Below are positions 44,834-55,407 of a DNA stretch of 64,000 nt, one piece after another. The notes beneath the pieces are model-generated. The model worked only from the letters and a program-made list of their open reading frames with translations, was not told the DNA's origin and ran no database searches. The DNA comes from an uncultured Rhodospirillaceae bacterium (GTDB lineage: Bacteria; Pseudomonadota; Alphaproteobacteria; UBA7887). How positions within the stretch are numbered: the first letter of the stretch is position 1; each line of letters opens with the position of its first letter. Made by a program: the position numbers and the translations under genes. The DNA is taken from contig CAYPAX010000007.1 in the NCBI GenBank assembly GCA_964408735.1, forward strand, positions 1,450 to 65,449. Direction: 5' to 3'.

Positions 44834-45379
44834 TCAGAGGCGATTGACGAAATCGACAGACCAGCCATGGCCTTGGCGCACCAGGCAGGTGAGCGACAGT
44901 GGCTGCACCTGGACTGCCAGGGCTCGCTCGGGTGTCAGATCCAGCGCTTTCGCGACCGCGGCGCGGATCGGGCCGGCATGGGCAACGACAAGAAGCTCGG
45001 GCGCATCGATGCGGTCGATGGCCGCGTGCACCCGTGTCACGACGTCCGTGAAGCTTTCGCCGCCGGGCGGGCGCAAGGTGGCCGGTGACGACCAGTCCGT
45101 ATCGATATGCTCGTAAAGTAACCCTTCCCAGGCGCCGAAATCCTGCTCGGCAAAGGCAGGTTCGGTGTCCGCCTGGGCAAAGCCGGGCAACGCCGCGAAG
45201 GTGCGCCGGGCGCGCAGGCGTGGGCTGGTCAGGCAGATGGCAGCATTGGGAATTTGCGCCGAGATCCGCGCCACGGTGGCCGGGTCCGGCTCGAGACAAT
45301 CCACGTCGCTCGATCCGACACAAACACCGGCGCCAACGGCACTCGGTGCATGGCGCAGCCACCACCAGCGGCCGGTCAC
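44834..45379 (-). CDS. cobC: Alpha-ribazole phosphatase (histidine phosphatase family)
   Basis: N-terminal RHA motif (WLRHAPS) and a phosphoglycerate-mutase-like fold. Adjacent to cobD. Confidence 0.65.
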   Translation of the reverse strand: MTGRWWWLRHAPSAVGAGVCVGSSDVDCLEPDPATVARISAQIPNAAICLTSPRLRARRTFAALPGFAQADTEPAFAEQDFGAWEGLLYEHIDTDWSSPATLRPPGGESFTDVVTRVHAAIDRIDAPELLVVAHAGPIRAAVAKALDLTPERALAVQVQPLSLTCLVRQGHGWSVDFVNRL

Positions 45380-46365
45380 GTCAGCGCATCCGCCAGGCGC
45401 TCGGCCGCCGCTTCGTTGCCGGGCAGGCCGAAACGCAGACGACCGGGCTGGTCGGCGAAGCGCCGCACCAGGATGCCGTGTTCGCCCAAGCGTTCGAACA
45501 CAGCGTCCGCCTGTGGCGTTTCGACCAGGCGGAACAAGGTGGTGCCGCCGGCCACCGCCAGACCGGCCTTGGCGAGTACGCCGTCGAGGACCGCCGCCTC
45601 GCCTGCCAGGCGTTGGCGCATGGCAGAGGCCCAGGCGGAATTCGCCAAGGCCTCGCGCCCCACCGCCACGGCCGGGCCGCTTACCGGCCAGGGGCCGAAG
45701 GCGTCGCGGATCCGTGCCGCCAAGGCGGGCGCGGCGATGGCAAAGCCGAGGCGCAGGCCGGGCAGTCCGTAGAACTTGCCGAAGGAGCGCATGACGACCG
45801 TCTGCCCGCCGGCTTGCGCTGCAAAGCTGATCCCGGGGGCCACGTCAGCATAGGACTCGTCGATCACCAGGCGGCCATCAAGCGTCGCGAGCGCGTCCGG
45901 CTCATGCCGGGCGCCGTCCGGGTTGTTGGGATTGGTGACAACAATGGTGTCGAAGCCAGCCGCCGGGCTCGGCAGGCCGCTGACGATCTCGACCACGTGT
46001 CCGGCCGCGGCCCAGGCGCGCGCGTGTTCCGCATAGGTCGGCCCGACCACGGCCACGCGTCCAAAATCGCACAAGCGCGGCAGCAGTTGAATGAGCGCTT
46101 GGACGCCCGGCACGGGTACGAGATTTTCTGTGCTCGCCGCGCCGTAACAGGCCGAGGCGGCCGCGCTCAGCGCAGCGAGCTCGGCGGCTTCTGGTAGACG
46201 CGTCCACGCCGCCTGGGCCGGGGGCGAGAAGGGGTAGGCGTGGGGGTTTATGCCCGTGCTGAGGTCGAGCCAGTCGTCTCCCGCCTGGGGGAAGCGGCGC
46301 TTGGCCCAGGCCAGCTCGCCGCCATGGTCCGGGTCGTCAGCGGCCGGCGCGGCGGTTGATGTCAT
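45376..46365 (-). CDS. cobD: L-threonine-O-3-phosphate decarboxylase (class I/II aminotransferase fold)
   Basis: PLP lysine region SFGKFYGLPGLRLG. 329 aa from MTSTAAP. 4-nt overlap with cobC. Confidence 0.75.
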   Translation of the reverse strand: MTSTAAPAADDPDHGGELAWAKRRFPQAGDDWLDLSTGINPHAYPFSPPAQAAWTRLPEAAELAALSAAASACYGAASTENLVPVPGVQALIQLLPRLCDFGRVAVVGPTYAEHARAWAAAGHVVEIVSGLPSPAAGFDTIVVTNPNNPDGARHEPDALATLDGRLVIDESYADVAPGISFAAQAGGQTVVMRSFGKFYGLPGLRLGFAIAAPALAARIRDAFGPWPVSGPAVAVGREALANSAWASAMRQRLAGEAAVLDGVLAKAGLAVAGGTTLFRLVETPQADAVFERLGEHGILVRRFADQPGRLRFGLPGNEAAAERLADALT

Positions 46366-46834
46366 CGTGACGCTCACGGATCTCCCGGGGCCAACTGGCC
46401 TTGATGAAAGAGAGCACGGCAACGATATCGCCGTCGCTCAATATCGTGCCGTAACCCGGCATGTCGCTCTGATAGCCGCCGCCGACCAAAGCCGCCGTGC
46501 CCTGTTTGGTGATGGCGAATAGGTCCGCGTCCGGATGGTGCCAGGTATGCCCGGTTCCGTCGTGAGGCGGCGCGGGCATGCGGCCGTTGGGCAGCTTCTC
46601 GCGCCAGTTCGGCTGGCCTTGCAGGGCGTCGCCATGGCAGCTGGCGCAGGCTTCGGCATAGATCTCGCCGCCGCGTGCGGTAACCGCCGCATCGTCGGGC
46701 ATCAGCAAGGTGCCGCCACCCCGCAGCAACCAGTATGCGGCGCCGGCGGCCACGAGGACGCCCAGGGAAATGACGACCCGGCGCCTCAATGGCCGGGGCC
46801 GCTCTCGCCCGCCAGGTCGTCGAGGATCGGGCAA
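46337..46834 (-). CDS. Membrane-anchored monohaem c-type cytochrome
   Basis: TM anchor and a single CASCH motif. The start is uncertain because the ORF overlaps the merR-like gene by 49 nt. Confidence 0.5.
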   Translation of the reverse strand: MPDPRRPGGRERPRPLRRRVVISLGVLVAAGAAYWLLRGGGTLLMPDDAAVTARGGEIYAEACASCHGDALQGQPNWREKLPNGRMPAPPHDGTGHTWHHPDADLFAITKQGTAALVGGGYQSDMPGYGTILSDGDIVAVLSFIKASWPREIRERHDDINRRAGR

Positions 46835-47187
46835 TCGGGCCGCTCGTCGCCATGGCAGGCATGGATCAGATGGGCAAGCGCGCCGCGCAAGCTTTGCAGG
46901 GCGGCGATCTTGTCGTCGATCTCGGCGAGATGCGCCTCCGCAATGCCTTTGACGTCGGCGGAAGCGCGCTCCTGATCGTCGTAGAGCGAGAGCAGGGCGC
47001 GGCAGTCGCCGATGGAAAAGCCGAGATTGCGGGCACGCTGCAGAAAACGCAGCTTGTGCACGTCGCGGGGCACGTAAGCGCGGTAGCCATTGGCCTTGCG
47101 CTCGGGCGAGATCAGCCCGACCTCTTCGTAGTAGCGGATGGTCTTGGCGCTGAGGCCCGCTTGCCGTCCCGCCTGGCCGATGTTCAT
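46786..47187 (-). CDS. cueR: MerR-family Cu(I)-responsive regulator (CueR/HmrR-like)
   Basis: N-terminal HTH and a C-terminal metal-binding loop [10 protein letters not shown]. It lies directly upstream of copA with a 4-nt overlap. Confidence 0.75.
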   Translation of the reverse strand: MNIGQAGRQAGLSAKTIRYYEEVGLISPERKANGYRAYVPRDVHKLRFLQRARNLGFSIGDCRALLSLYDDQERASADVKGIAEAHLAEIDDKIAALQSLRGALAHLIHACHGDERPDCPILDDLAGESGPGH

Positions 47188-49571
47188 AGGCGCGTCCTCC
47201 TCAGCCGCAACGCATTGCCGATGACCGAGACCGAGCTCAGGCTCATGGCCGCCGCGGCGATCATCGGGCTCAGCAACAGCCCGATGACAGGATAGAGCGC
47301 GCCGGCCGCGATGGGTACCCCGAGGGCGTTGTAGAAGAAGGCGAAGAACAGGTTCTGGCGGATATTGCTCATGGTCGCCTGGCTCAGGCGGCGGGCGCGC
47401 ACGATACCGATCAGATCGCCCTTGACCAGGGTCACGCCGGCGCTCTCGATGGCAACATCGGTGCCGCTGCCCATGGCGATGCCGACATCGGCCTGGGCCA
47501 GCGCCGGGGCGTCGTTGACGCCGTCGCCGGCCATGGCCACGACGCGGCCCTCGGCCTGCAGGCGGCGGACGACCTCGCTCTTGCGCTCGGGCAGCACCTC
47601 GGCCTCGACTTCGCTGATGCCGAGTTCAGCCGCCACGGCTTCGGCGGCGCCGCGATTGTCACCGCTCAGCATGACCACGCGCAAGCCGGCCTGGCGCAAG
47701 GCTTCGAGTGCTGCCGGCGTTGTCGCCTTGACAGGATCGGCAACGGCAATGAACCCCGCGGCGGTGCCGTCGATGGCCATGAACATGACCGTCGCACCAG
47801 AGGGAGCCACGAGGTCGGCCAGGTCGATCCCGAGATCGGCCATCAATGCCGCGTTACCGAGGGCGCAGGCCAGACCCTCGACAGTACCGCTCACGCCCTT
47901 GCCGGTGGTGGCGGCAAAATCCGCGGGCTCGGACAGTGCCAGGCCGCGCGCTTCGGCGGCGGCGACGATGGCGGCGGCAAGGGGGTGCTCGCTGGCGCGC
48001 TCGAGGCTGGCGGCTAAGCGCAGCAGCCGGTCATCGTCGCCATCGAGGGCGAGGATCTGACGCAGCTGGGGCGCACCTTCGGTCAAGGTGCCGGTCTTGT
48101 CGACCACCAGGGTGTCCACGGCCTCAAGGCGCTCCAAGGCTTCGGCGTCGCGAATCAAGACGCCCATGCTTGCGCCGCGTCCGGTGCCGACCATGATCGA
48201 CATCGGCGTGGCGAGGCCGAGCGCGCAGGGACAGGCGATGATCAGTACGGAGACTGCGGCGAGCAGCGCATGCGCCAGTGCCGGCGGCGGGCCCCAGATG
48301 GCCCAGGCCGCGAAGGCGAGCACGGCGCAGGCGATCACGGCCGGCACAAAATAGCCGGCTACCGTATCGGCCAAGCGCTGGATCGGCGCGCGGCTGCGCT
48401 GGGCTTCGCCGACCATGCGCACGATGCGCGCCAGCAGCGTGGCGTCGCCCACGGCTTGCGCCCGCATGACCAGGCCGCCGGCGCCGTTGAGGGTGCCGCC
48501 GACAAGCGCATCGCCGGCGCCTTTTTCGACCGGGATCGATTCGCCGGTGACCATGGATTCGTCGACCGCGCTCGACCCTTCGAGCACGATGCCATCGACG
48601 GGCACGCTTTCACCGGGGCGCACGCGCAGGCGGTCGCCCTGTTCGACAAGGGCGAGGGCCACCGTCTCTTCGGTGCCGTCGCGCAGGCGCAGCGCGGTCT
48701 TGGGCGCGAGGTCGAGCAGGGCGCGCACGGCATCGCCCGTGCGTTCGCGGGCGCGCAGCTCCAGCACCTGGCCGAGCAGCACAAGCGTTGTGATCACCGC
48801 TGCGGCTTCGAAATAAAGCCCGATATGGCCGCCTTCTCGAAAGCCTTCCGGGAACACCCCGGGCGCGACCACGGCGACCAGGCTGTAGAGATAGGCAGTG
48901 CCCGTGCCGATGGCGATCAGGGTGAACATGTTGAGATTGCCGCTGACCACCGAACGCCAGCCGCGCACAAAGAACGGCCAGCCGGCCCAAAGCGCCACCG
49001 GTGTCGCCAGAGCGAGCTGTGTCCAGGCGTTCCAGGCGCCGCGCAGCACCTCGCCAACGACCATCTCGCCCATGGCGATGGCGAACAACGGCACGGTCAG
49101 CGCCGCCGCCAGCCAGAAGCGCCGCGTCATGTCGATGAGCTCGGGGTTCGGCGGGCGCTCAGCCGCCACCATCACCGCTTCCAGCGCCATGCCGCACTTG
49201 GGGCAGTCGCCGGGCGCGTCGGCGACGACCTCGGGGTGCATGGGGCAGGTGTATTTGAGCGTTGCCGCGGCCGCCGGTTCCGCAGCTTCCAGCGCCATGC
49301 CGCATTTCGGGCACGGCGCGGGAACCTCGCTGTGGACCTCCGGGCACATGGGGCAGAGATAACCGCTCGGCGCCGGCGCGGCGTCCTCGTCGCGCGGCTC
49401 AGGGTTCAGAAAGCCTTCCGGATCGGCGGCGAAGCGCTCGGCGCAGCGGCCACAGCAGAAATGATATACCGTGCCCTCATGGTCGCGACGGGGCTTGCCG
49501 GCGTCGGGGTCGACCGACATGCCGCAGACGGGATCGGTCTCGCTTCGGGGCGTCTCGAGATGCGTGTTCAC
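47184..49571 (-). CDS. copA: Copper-translocating P1B-type ATPase
   Basis: CPC motif (IIACPCALG), DKTGTLT, the HP motif and GDGVNDAP. The N-terminus carries a CGM...HFCCGRC TRASH-like domain followed by two CPM(C/H)PE...CPKCGMAL metal-binding repeats. Confidence 0.85.
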   Translation of the reverse strand: MNTHLETPRSETDPVCGMSVDPDAGKPRRDHEGTVYHFCCGRCAERFAADPEGFLNPEPRDEDAAPAPSGYLCPMCPEVHSEVPAPCPKCGMALEAAEPAAAATLKYTCPMHPEVVADAPGDCPKCGMALEAVMVAAERPPNPELIDMTRRFWLAAALTVPLFAIAMGEMVVGEVLRGAWNAWTQLALATPVALWAGWPFFVRGWRSVVSGNLNMFTLIAIGTGTAYLYSLVAVVAPGVFPEGFREGGHIGLYFEAAAVITTLVLLGQVLELRARERTGDAVRALLDLAPKTALRLRDGTEETVALALVEQGDRLRVRPGESVPVDGIVLEGSSAVDESMVTGESIPVEKGAGDALVGGTLNGAGGLVMRAQAVGDATLLARIVRMVGEAQRSRAPIQRLADTVAGYFVPAVIACAVLAFAAWAIWGPPPALAHALLAAVSVLIIACPCALGLATPMSIMVGTGRGASMGVLIRDAEALERLEAVDTLVVDKTGTLTEGAPQLRQILALDGDDDRLLRLAASLERASEHPLAAAIVAAAEARGLALSEPADFAATTGKGVSGTVEGLACALGNAALMADLGIDLADLVAPSGATVMFMAIDGTAAGFIAVADPVKATTPAALEALRQAGLRVVMLSGDNRGAAEAVAAELGISEVEAEVLPERKSEVVRRLQAEGRVVAMAGDGVNDAPALAQADVGIAMGSGTDVAIESAGVTLVKGDLIGIVRARRLSQATMSNIRQNLFFAFFYNALGVPIAAGALYPVIGLLLSPMIAAAAMSLSSVSVIGNALRLRRTRL

Positions 49572-49593
49572 AGCCCGGATATAAAGCTTCCCG

Positions 49594-50586
49594 TTACGGG
49601 AAGGTCAAGGGGGAAACCCTGATATCAGACCATTCGATGGCGCTGCCCGAGTGCTGGAACAGGCCGAACGAGGCGGCGCGGTGGCGAATGCGGTCGCCTG
49701 CCAGCGCGGCATCGTTTTCCTGGCACAGCCAAGCCTCGGGCTCGGCCTCGCCGACGGGCCAGATGCGAAAGCGGCAGCGGTCGACGCCGTCGGCGAAAAT
49801 CAGCTGGTGGCGCACGGCGTAATCGATGCCAGGGGAAATCTCTACCGGGTTGGGCGGGTCGGTGACCACCACCCATTCGGCGTCGGTCTCGGAATGGTCG
49901 CCCCAGGCGATGAAGCAGCGCGCCTCGCCTTTGGGATTGAGCGCCATCATACCGGCGCTAGACCAGCCGGTCTTGATGGCGATGGCCGGCACCTTGTCCT
50001 CGAAGCCAACGAAGAAATCGCTGGGCCCGAGCCACTTGACGCCTGCGAAATCCGTGAAACGCACCTGATAGGTGGCCTCCTGGCTGCCATGCTCGGAGCC
50101 CAGCAGAAGCAGGGAATCGGGCACCTGGGGGGCGACGGAACGGATGCAGTTGCGCGCCCTATCGATCTCGAAGCGCCCGGCCACCACCTGGCCGATCTCC
50201 TGGATGTCATCGACGCCGCCGAGGTCCGAAAGGTCGAGCGCCGCCGGCAAAGGCGCCGGGTCCCAGGTGAAGGCCAGTTCCGCCTGCTCGCCGTCGATGT
50301 CCAGAGCCAGGCGATTCTCGCCCGCGTGAAGATCGCCATGCGTGGCCGGAAACTCGACAACGAAATCGCCGCGCTCCTTGCAGCGCAGCTCGGCAGGCGA
50401 CTCCTTGTAGCCGTTGACCCAGTCGACGCCTTCGTCGGAGATCGCCTCGACATAGAGCGCCACCGGCTCGCCGTCATTGAGGCGCCATTGTGCATGCCTG
50501 GCCGGCGAGGCGTGGCCGGCAAAGGTGAGGTCGCGGGTGCGCCGGCGCAGACGCTGGCGGGGTCCGCAGGTGAAAGTGACAGGCAT
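49594..50586 (-). CDS. Hypothetical protein, possibly with a C-terminal beta-sandwich (concanavalin-like) domain
   Basis: No confident family. The C-terminal [17 protein letters not shown] resembles DUF1080-type jelly-roll ends. Start uncertain. Confidence 0.4.
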   Translation of the reverse strand: MPVTFTCGPRQRLRRRTRDLTFAGHASPARHAQWRLNDGEPVALYVEAISDEGVDWVNGYKESPAELRCKERGDFVVEFPATHGDLHAGENRLALDIDGEQAELAFTWDPAPLPAALDLSDLGGVDDIQEIGQVVAGRFEIDRARNCIRSVAPQVPDSLLLLGSEHGSQEATYQVRFTDFAGVKWLGPSDFFVGFEDKVPAIAIKTGWSSAGMMALNPKGEARCFIAWGDHSETDAEWVVVTDPPNPVEISPGIDYAVRHQLIFADGVDRCRFRIWPVGEAEPEAWLCQENDAALAGDRIRHRAASFGLFQHSGSAIEWSDIRVSPLTFP

Positions 50587-50684
50587 GACATCTCCCGCTT
50601 GCAGGCAGTCGTTACGGCGGCACGCCGATATGCTACGGTACGCGGGGACATCGAAATGGGACAACGGAAATCTGGGGGAATGCC

Positions 50685-51269
50685 ATGCTTATGCTCGGTC
50701 TCGGAGTCATTCTGTTCGGGCTCGTTCATCTCATACCCAGCGCCTTGCCGGGGCTGCGGGCGGGTCTTGCCGGCAGCATCGGCGAGATGGGCTTCAAGGG
50801 CCTCATCGCGGTCGCCAGCATCGTCGGCATCGTGCTCATGGTGCTCGGCTGGCAGCAGGTCGAGCCGGCGCTGGTTTACCAGTTGCCGCTGTCGGTGACA
50901 CGCGCCACCAAGGGCTTGATGATCTTTGCGCTAATCCTCTTTTTCGCGCCCTACATCCCGACCAACATCCGCCGTGCCGTGCGCCATCCGCAGCTCACCG
51001 GCGTGCTGGTCTGGGGCATCGCGCATATGCTGGCGAACGGCGACAACCGCTCGGTGGTGCTGTTCGGCGGCATGGCCATGTGGTCGGTGGTGGCGATGGC
51101 CCTGATCAGCGGCCGCGATGGCGACTGGGTACCCCCGGAGCCGAAATCGCCGATCGGCGACGCGGTGGCGGTGATCGTCGGCGTGGTCGCCTTCATCGGC
51201 CTCGTGCTGATGCACCAGTCGCTGTTCGGCGGCGCCTCGATCATGGCCGGCTTCGCGTCCGGCGTCTGA
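50685..51269 (+). CDS. NnrU-family membrane protein
   Basis: Four or five TM helices and NnrU-like sequence. Confidence 0.6.
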   Translation: MLMLGLGVILFGLVHLIPSALPGLRAGLAGSIGEMGFKGLIAVASIVGIVLMVLGWQQVEPALVYQLPLSVTRATKGLMIFALILFFAPYIPTNIRRAVRHPQLTGVLVWGIAHMLANGDNRSVVLFGGMAMWSVVAMALISGRDGDWVPPEPKSPIGDAVAVIVGVVAFIGLVLMHQSLFGGASIMAGFASGV

Positions 51270-51285
51270 GCAACTGACGCCGCGC

Positions 51286-52965
51286 CTACACCGCCACCAG
51301 CGGCGCTCCGAAGCCGAGCTCTTGGCGCAGGCAGGCGACGATTTCGCCGTGGGTGATGCCGGCCTCGGCGGCTTCGACGACGCGGGCGAAGACGTTCTCG
51401 TTGTCGCTGTTGGCGGCCCGCGCCAGGCGGTCGAGGGCGGCAGCGACGGAGCCCTGGTCGCGGCCCGCCTTGAAGCGCGCGAAATCCTCCAGCAGCGCCG
51501 CGATGGCGGCCGGGTCGGGGCGGTAGGGCGGGGGCGCGTCGCTCTCGCCCTCTACCGTGTGGCAATTGACGCCGATGAGCTTTTCCTCGCCACTCTCGAT
51601 GCGCTCCTGGTGGGCGTTCGCGGACTTGCCGATCATGCGTTGCACCAGGCCCTTCTCCACCGCCGCATACATGCCGCCGGCGGCATCGATGGTTGCGATC
51701 ACCGCCTCGATCTTCTCTTCCATGTCGTTTGTCAGCGTCTCGACGTAATAGGAGCCGCCGAGGGGATCGATGACGTCGCAGAGATGCGCTTCCTCGCGCA
51801 GGATGTTCTGGGTGGCGATGGCGACGCGCGCCGGGCCTTCGGTCGGCGTGCCGATGGCCTCGTCATAGGCGTCCGTGTGCATGGATTGCAGGCCGCCGAA
51901 GATCCCCGCCATGGCCTGCGCCGTGACCCGGGCGATATTGTTCAGCGGCTGCTGGCGGGTGAGGTCGGCGCCCGAGGTCTGGCCATGGAACTTGAAGCGC
52001 CAGGCGCGCGGGTCCGTGGCGCCCAAGCGGTCCCGGGCGATGCGGGCCCAGATGCGCCTGCCGGCGCGGAACTTGGCAACCTCCTCGAAGACGCTGACGG
52101 AAATGTCGAAGAAGAAGGTGAAGCGGCGCAGCAGCGCGTCCATGTCCATGCCGCGGGCGCGGCAGTCCTCGGCATATTGGATGGCGGTCGACAGCGTGAA
52201 GCCCATGGCCTCGGCCGGTGTCGCGCCCGCCTGCTGCGTGTGCTGGCCGACCACCGAGATCGGGTTCCAGTTGGGCACGTGATCGCGGCAGAATTCCACT
52301 TGGTCGAGGAAGACCCGCCGCGAGCCCGGCAGCGAAAGCCGGTAGAACATGTGGTTGGCAACGAAGTGCGAGATATAATCGCTCTGGTTGGCGGTGCCGG
52401 TAATCCTGTCCCAGCCGACGCCACGGCGCCTGGCGACACCCAGCAGGAAGGCGAAGAGGGTGAACGGCGAGGGATCGTTCATGGCCGTCGAGATGTCGCC
52501 GAGCGCCACGCCGTCGAGCGCCTGGTCCATATGCTCGATGGTATCGACGACACTGCCGCAGGTGCCGAGCAGCGCGGCCGGCACCTCGTCGCAATCGACG
52601 CCGCGGAACACCGAATTGCAGGGGATCAGGCTGATGGCGGTGGTGCCGGCGTCGATCATTGTCTTGACCCGGCTGTTGTAGTCGGCCGGCGTGCCGAGGC
52701 CGACCAGCTGGCGCTGCGACCAGGTCCGCCCGCGATGCATGGAGGCATAGATGCCGCGGGCATAGGGCAGGCGCCCGGGCACGCCGAGGTCCTCCAGATA
52801 GCGGTCGTCCGACCAGTCCTTGGCCGTATAGAGCGGTTGCACCTCGATGCCCGAGCGATTGCGGATGGTCCGTTCCTCGCCGACCTGGGCGCGGTATTCG
52901 CGCCGCCACTCCGCCAGCTCGCTGTCGAGATAGGGCAGCTCCAGCTGCTCTGCCGCGTCACTCAT
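51286..52965 (-). CDS. Acyl-CoA mutase large (catalytic TIM-barrel) subunit, methylmalonyl-CoA mutase family (IcmA/HcmA-like split mutase)
   Basis: 559 aa MCM N-terminal domain with no fused B12 domain. The B12-binding subunit is encoded immediately upstream. Confidence 0.75.
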   Translation of the reverse strand: MSDAAEQLELPYLDSELAEWRREYRAQVGEERTIRNRSGIEVQPLYTAKDWSDDRYLEDLGVPGRLPYARGIYASMHRGRTWSQRQLVGLGTPADYNSRVKTMIDAGTTAISLIPCNSVFRGVDCDEVPAALLGTCGSVVDTIEHMDQALDGVALGDISTAMNDPSPFTLFAFLLGVARRRGVGWDRITGTANQSDYISHFVANHMFYRLSLPGSRRVFLDQVEFCRDHVPNWNPISVVGQHTQQAGATPAEAMGFTLSTAIQYAEDCRARGMDMDALLRRFTFFFDISVSVFEEVAKFRAGRRIWARIARDRLGATDPRAWRFKFHGQTSGADLTRQQPLNNIARVTAQAMAGIFGGLQSMHTDAYDEAIGTPTEGPARVAIATQNILREEAHLCDVIDPLGGSYYVETLTNDMEEKIEAVIATIDAAGGMYAAVEKGLVQRMIGKSANAHQERIESGEEKLIGVNCHTVEGESDAPPPYRPDPAAIAALLEDFARFKAGRDQGSVAAALDRLARAANSDNENVFARVVEAAEAGITHGEIVACLRQELGFGAPLVAV

Positions 52966-52975
52966 GAGTGTCTCC

Positions 52976-53383
52976 CTATGCTTCGGCGCGGGCTTCGGTG
53001 GCCAGGCGCTCGGTCGCGGCAACGATCTCGGCACGATCCGCGCCCGGCCCGAAGATCATGCTCACCCCCGCCTCGTGCAGCATGGGCTGCTCCGGCTCGG
53101 GCACGATGCCGCCGACCAGCACCCTTATGTGGCCGAGGCCCGCGTCGCGCAGTGCCGCCATCAGGTCCGGCACGATGAGATGGTCGGTGGCCAGCGAGCT
53201 GACGCCGATGACATCCACGTCCTCCTGCATCGCCGTCGTTACCACGGTCTCGATCTCCTGCCAGGGCGGCGTGTAGATCACCTCCATGCCGGCATCGCGC
53301 AAGGCCGACGCCACCACGCGACTGCCGCGGTCGTGGCCGTCTAGACCGATCTTGGTGACAAGCACCTTGGCCGGGCGGGTCAT
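52976..53383 (-). CDS. Cobalamin-binding small subunit of the split acyl-CoA mutase
   Basis: 135 aa with the DxHxxG motif (LDGHDRG) and a Rossmann-like B12-binding domain. Confidence 0.8.
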   Translation of the reverse strand: MTRPAKVLVTKIGLDGHDRGSRVVASALRDAGMEVIYTPPWQEIETVVTTAMQEDVDVIGVSSLATDHLIVPDLMAALRDAGLGHIRVLVGGIVPEPEQPMLHEAGVSMIFGPGADRAEIVAATERLATEARAEA

Positions 53384-53973
53384 GGCGCCACCCCGCGTTT
53401 CAGGGCGCGCACGAAGGTGCTGGCGATCTCAGCCGGGGTCTCGCCGCCGGGGCGGTACCAGACCTGGGCACCGTTGAGGGCGCCCAGCAGCATCAGGCGC
53501 AGGCTTCCCGGCGAGGCGGCGGGCGCCAGGTCGAGGGCTGCGAATAGGCTGCGGAAGCGCGCCTCGTAGCCATCGCGCGCGGCGGTAAGCGCCGCCGCGG
53601 CGTCATCCGCATCCTCGGGCAGAACCCGCACCATCACCTTGGCGTAGGCGCTGGTGTCGAGCACCGTCTCCATATGCGCCACCGCGGCGGCTTCGAGACG
53701 GGCCCAGGGGTCGTGTTCGGCCGCAATCGCGGTATCGACCCGGCTTGCGATCGCCGTCACCGCCTCGTCATAGACCGCCAGCAGCAGCGCCTCCTTGGAG
53801 GGAAAGTGGTAGTAGACCGAGCCCGGCAGCATGCCCACGGCGCCGGCAATATCGCGGATCGTCGTTGCGCGATAGCCTTGCGCCGCGAAGGCCGCCGCCG
53901 CGGCATCCATCAGCGCGCGCTTGCGATTGTCCTGGCGCGGCACGCGCTCGATCACAGCTTCCGTCGTCATCCG
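53380..53973 (-). CDS. TetR/AcrR-family transcriptional regulator
   Basis: N-terminal HTH (RKRALMDAAAAAFAAQGYRATTIRDIAGAVG). 4-nt overlap with the mutase small-subunit gene. Confidence 0.75.
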   Translation of the reverse strand, partial: RMTTEAVIERVPRQDNRKRALMDAAAAAFAAQGYRATTIRDIAGAVGMLPGSVYYHFPSKEALLLAVYDEAVTAIASRVDTAIAAEHDPWARLEAAAVAHMETVLDTSAYAKVMVRVLPEDADDAAAALTAARDGYEARFRSLFAALDLAPAASPGSLRLMLLGALNGAQVWYRPGGETPAEIASTFVRALKRGVAP

Positions 53974-54044
53974 TCGCCCAATTAAAAACAAACAGTTGTT
54001 TGGTAATAGGCCGACGATCAAGGCGTGTCAATGGCGTCGCGCCC

Positions 54045-54866
54045 TCAGTGCGGCACGACGCCTTGGGTGATGACGAACTCGCCCGGGATCTCGTAATGGC
54101 CGTTGACCCGGTGCGCAGCGATGGAGTCGAGATATTCCGCCCGCGCTGCGTCCCGCGTGGCCTCGTCGAAGCGGGCATAGGCGAGCGCCACCGGGCCGCC
54201 GACGAGCGCCGCGCCACAGGCCTGTTTGGGCCCCTCGAAGCGCAGCGCGTAAGACAGGCGCTCGGAGCGGATTTGGCTGAAGCCGGCCTCGCGGAACACC
54301 GTTTCCAGCGCCTCGCCGGTGCCGAGATTGAAAAACATCGGGCAGACGTCCGAGGCGACGCGGGCATCGACGATCGGGAACACGCCGGCCCAGCCGCAGG
54401 CCTTGCGCCGGCCCCAGACCGCGGCGACTGCGCGCCCGCCCGGCCGCAGCGCCTCGCGCGTCACTTCCATGGCACGAACCGGGTTCGGCATATACATCAG
54501 GCCGAGAGCGCAGAGTGCGGCGTCGAAGGCCTCTCCGCCCTCGACCGGTGCCTCCCCGTCGCGGCGCACGAAGCGCATGTTGCCCAGGCCGCGCTCCCGG
54601 CGCAAGGCCTCGGCGCGCTCCACCATGTGCTCGGAGATGTCGTCGCCGACCACCAGGCCGTCGCGGCCGACCTGTTCGCCGGCCCGGAACGAGACCAGGC
54701 CGTCGCCGCAAGCCACGTCCAGGACGCGCTCGCCGGGTTGCAGGTCGGCGGTTTCGAGAAGCTGCGACTGCACCGGGTGGAGCTGCGTCTGCCAGTAATA
54801 GGCGTATTCGTCGCTGGCACGATTCCAGCCGTAGCGCTGTACGCGCTTTTGCAGGCGGGCATCCAT
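54045..54866 (-). CDS. Class I SAM-dependent methyltransferase
   Basis: Motif I VLDVACGDG. 273 aa from MDARLQKR; the upstream ORF extension looks spurious. Confidence 0.7.
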   Translation of the reverse strand: MDARLQKRVQRYGWNRASDEYAYYWQTQLHPVQSQLLETADLQPGERVLDVACGDGLVSFRAGEQVGRDGLVVGDDISEHMVERAEALRRERGLGNMRFVRRDGEAPVEGGEAFDAALCALGLMYMPNPVRAMEVTREALRPGGRAVAAVWGRRKACGWAGVFPIVDARVASDVCPMFFNLGTGEALETVFREAGFSQIRSERLSYALRFEGPKQACGAALVGGPVALAYARFDEATRDAARAEYLDSIAAHRVNGHYEIPGEFVITQGVVPH

Positions 54867-54870
54867 GGCC

Positions 54871-55389
54871 TTAGGCCGCCACAGTGGCGTTGCGCACGGT
54901 GCGCTCGACCGCGACAGGCGTGCGGATATTGGCAAGCCAGGGGCTGTGCGCATCCGACGTGTCCAGCACCTGCATGACGTCGGCTTCCGATGCCGGGCTG
55001 TCGATGCTGACGGAAAAGCGGATCGCCGAATAGGCAGGGCTCGCTTGCGAGATCCCGAGCACGGCGCCGTAATCGAAGTCGGCCTCCAGCTCCACTTCGA
55101 TGGTGTTGACCGGCACGTCGAGGCGCGCGAACCAATGAGCATATCCGATAGCCAGGCAACTGCTGACCGCTGCGCGACCGTAGACGCCCGGATCGGGGCC
55201 GGTATCGCTGCCGCCGAGGGCCTTCTTCATGTCGGCGGCGAGCGTCCAGTCGCCGTCCTCGATCTTGCAGCTGAGGCCGTCGTGAACGCTGGCCTTGCAC
55301 GATTTGCTCAACAGTCCGAGAGCCGGGCGTCTGCGGACCTTGTCCTCGACCCGTATCGCCGCGGCCTTGATGTCTTGTTCCGTGCCCAT
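54871..55389 (-). CDS. OsmC/Ohr-family peroxiredoxin-like protein
   Basis: 172 aa with an OsmC fold and two conserved cysteines. Confidence 0.65.
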   Translation of the reverse strand: MGTEQDIKAAAIRVEDKVRRRPALGLLSKSCKASVHDGLSCKIEDGDWTLAADMKKALGGSDTGPDPGVYGRAAVSSCLAIGYAHWFARLDVPVNTIEVELEADFDYGAVLGISQASPAYSAIRFSVSIDSPASEADVMQVLDTSDAHSPWLANIRTPVAVERTVRNATVAA

Positions 55390-55407
55390 GGCTATCCTCC
55401 GATCGCC

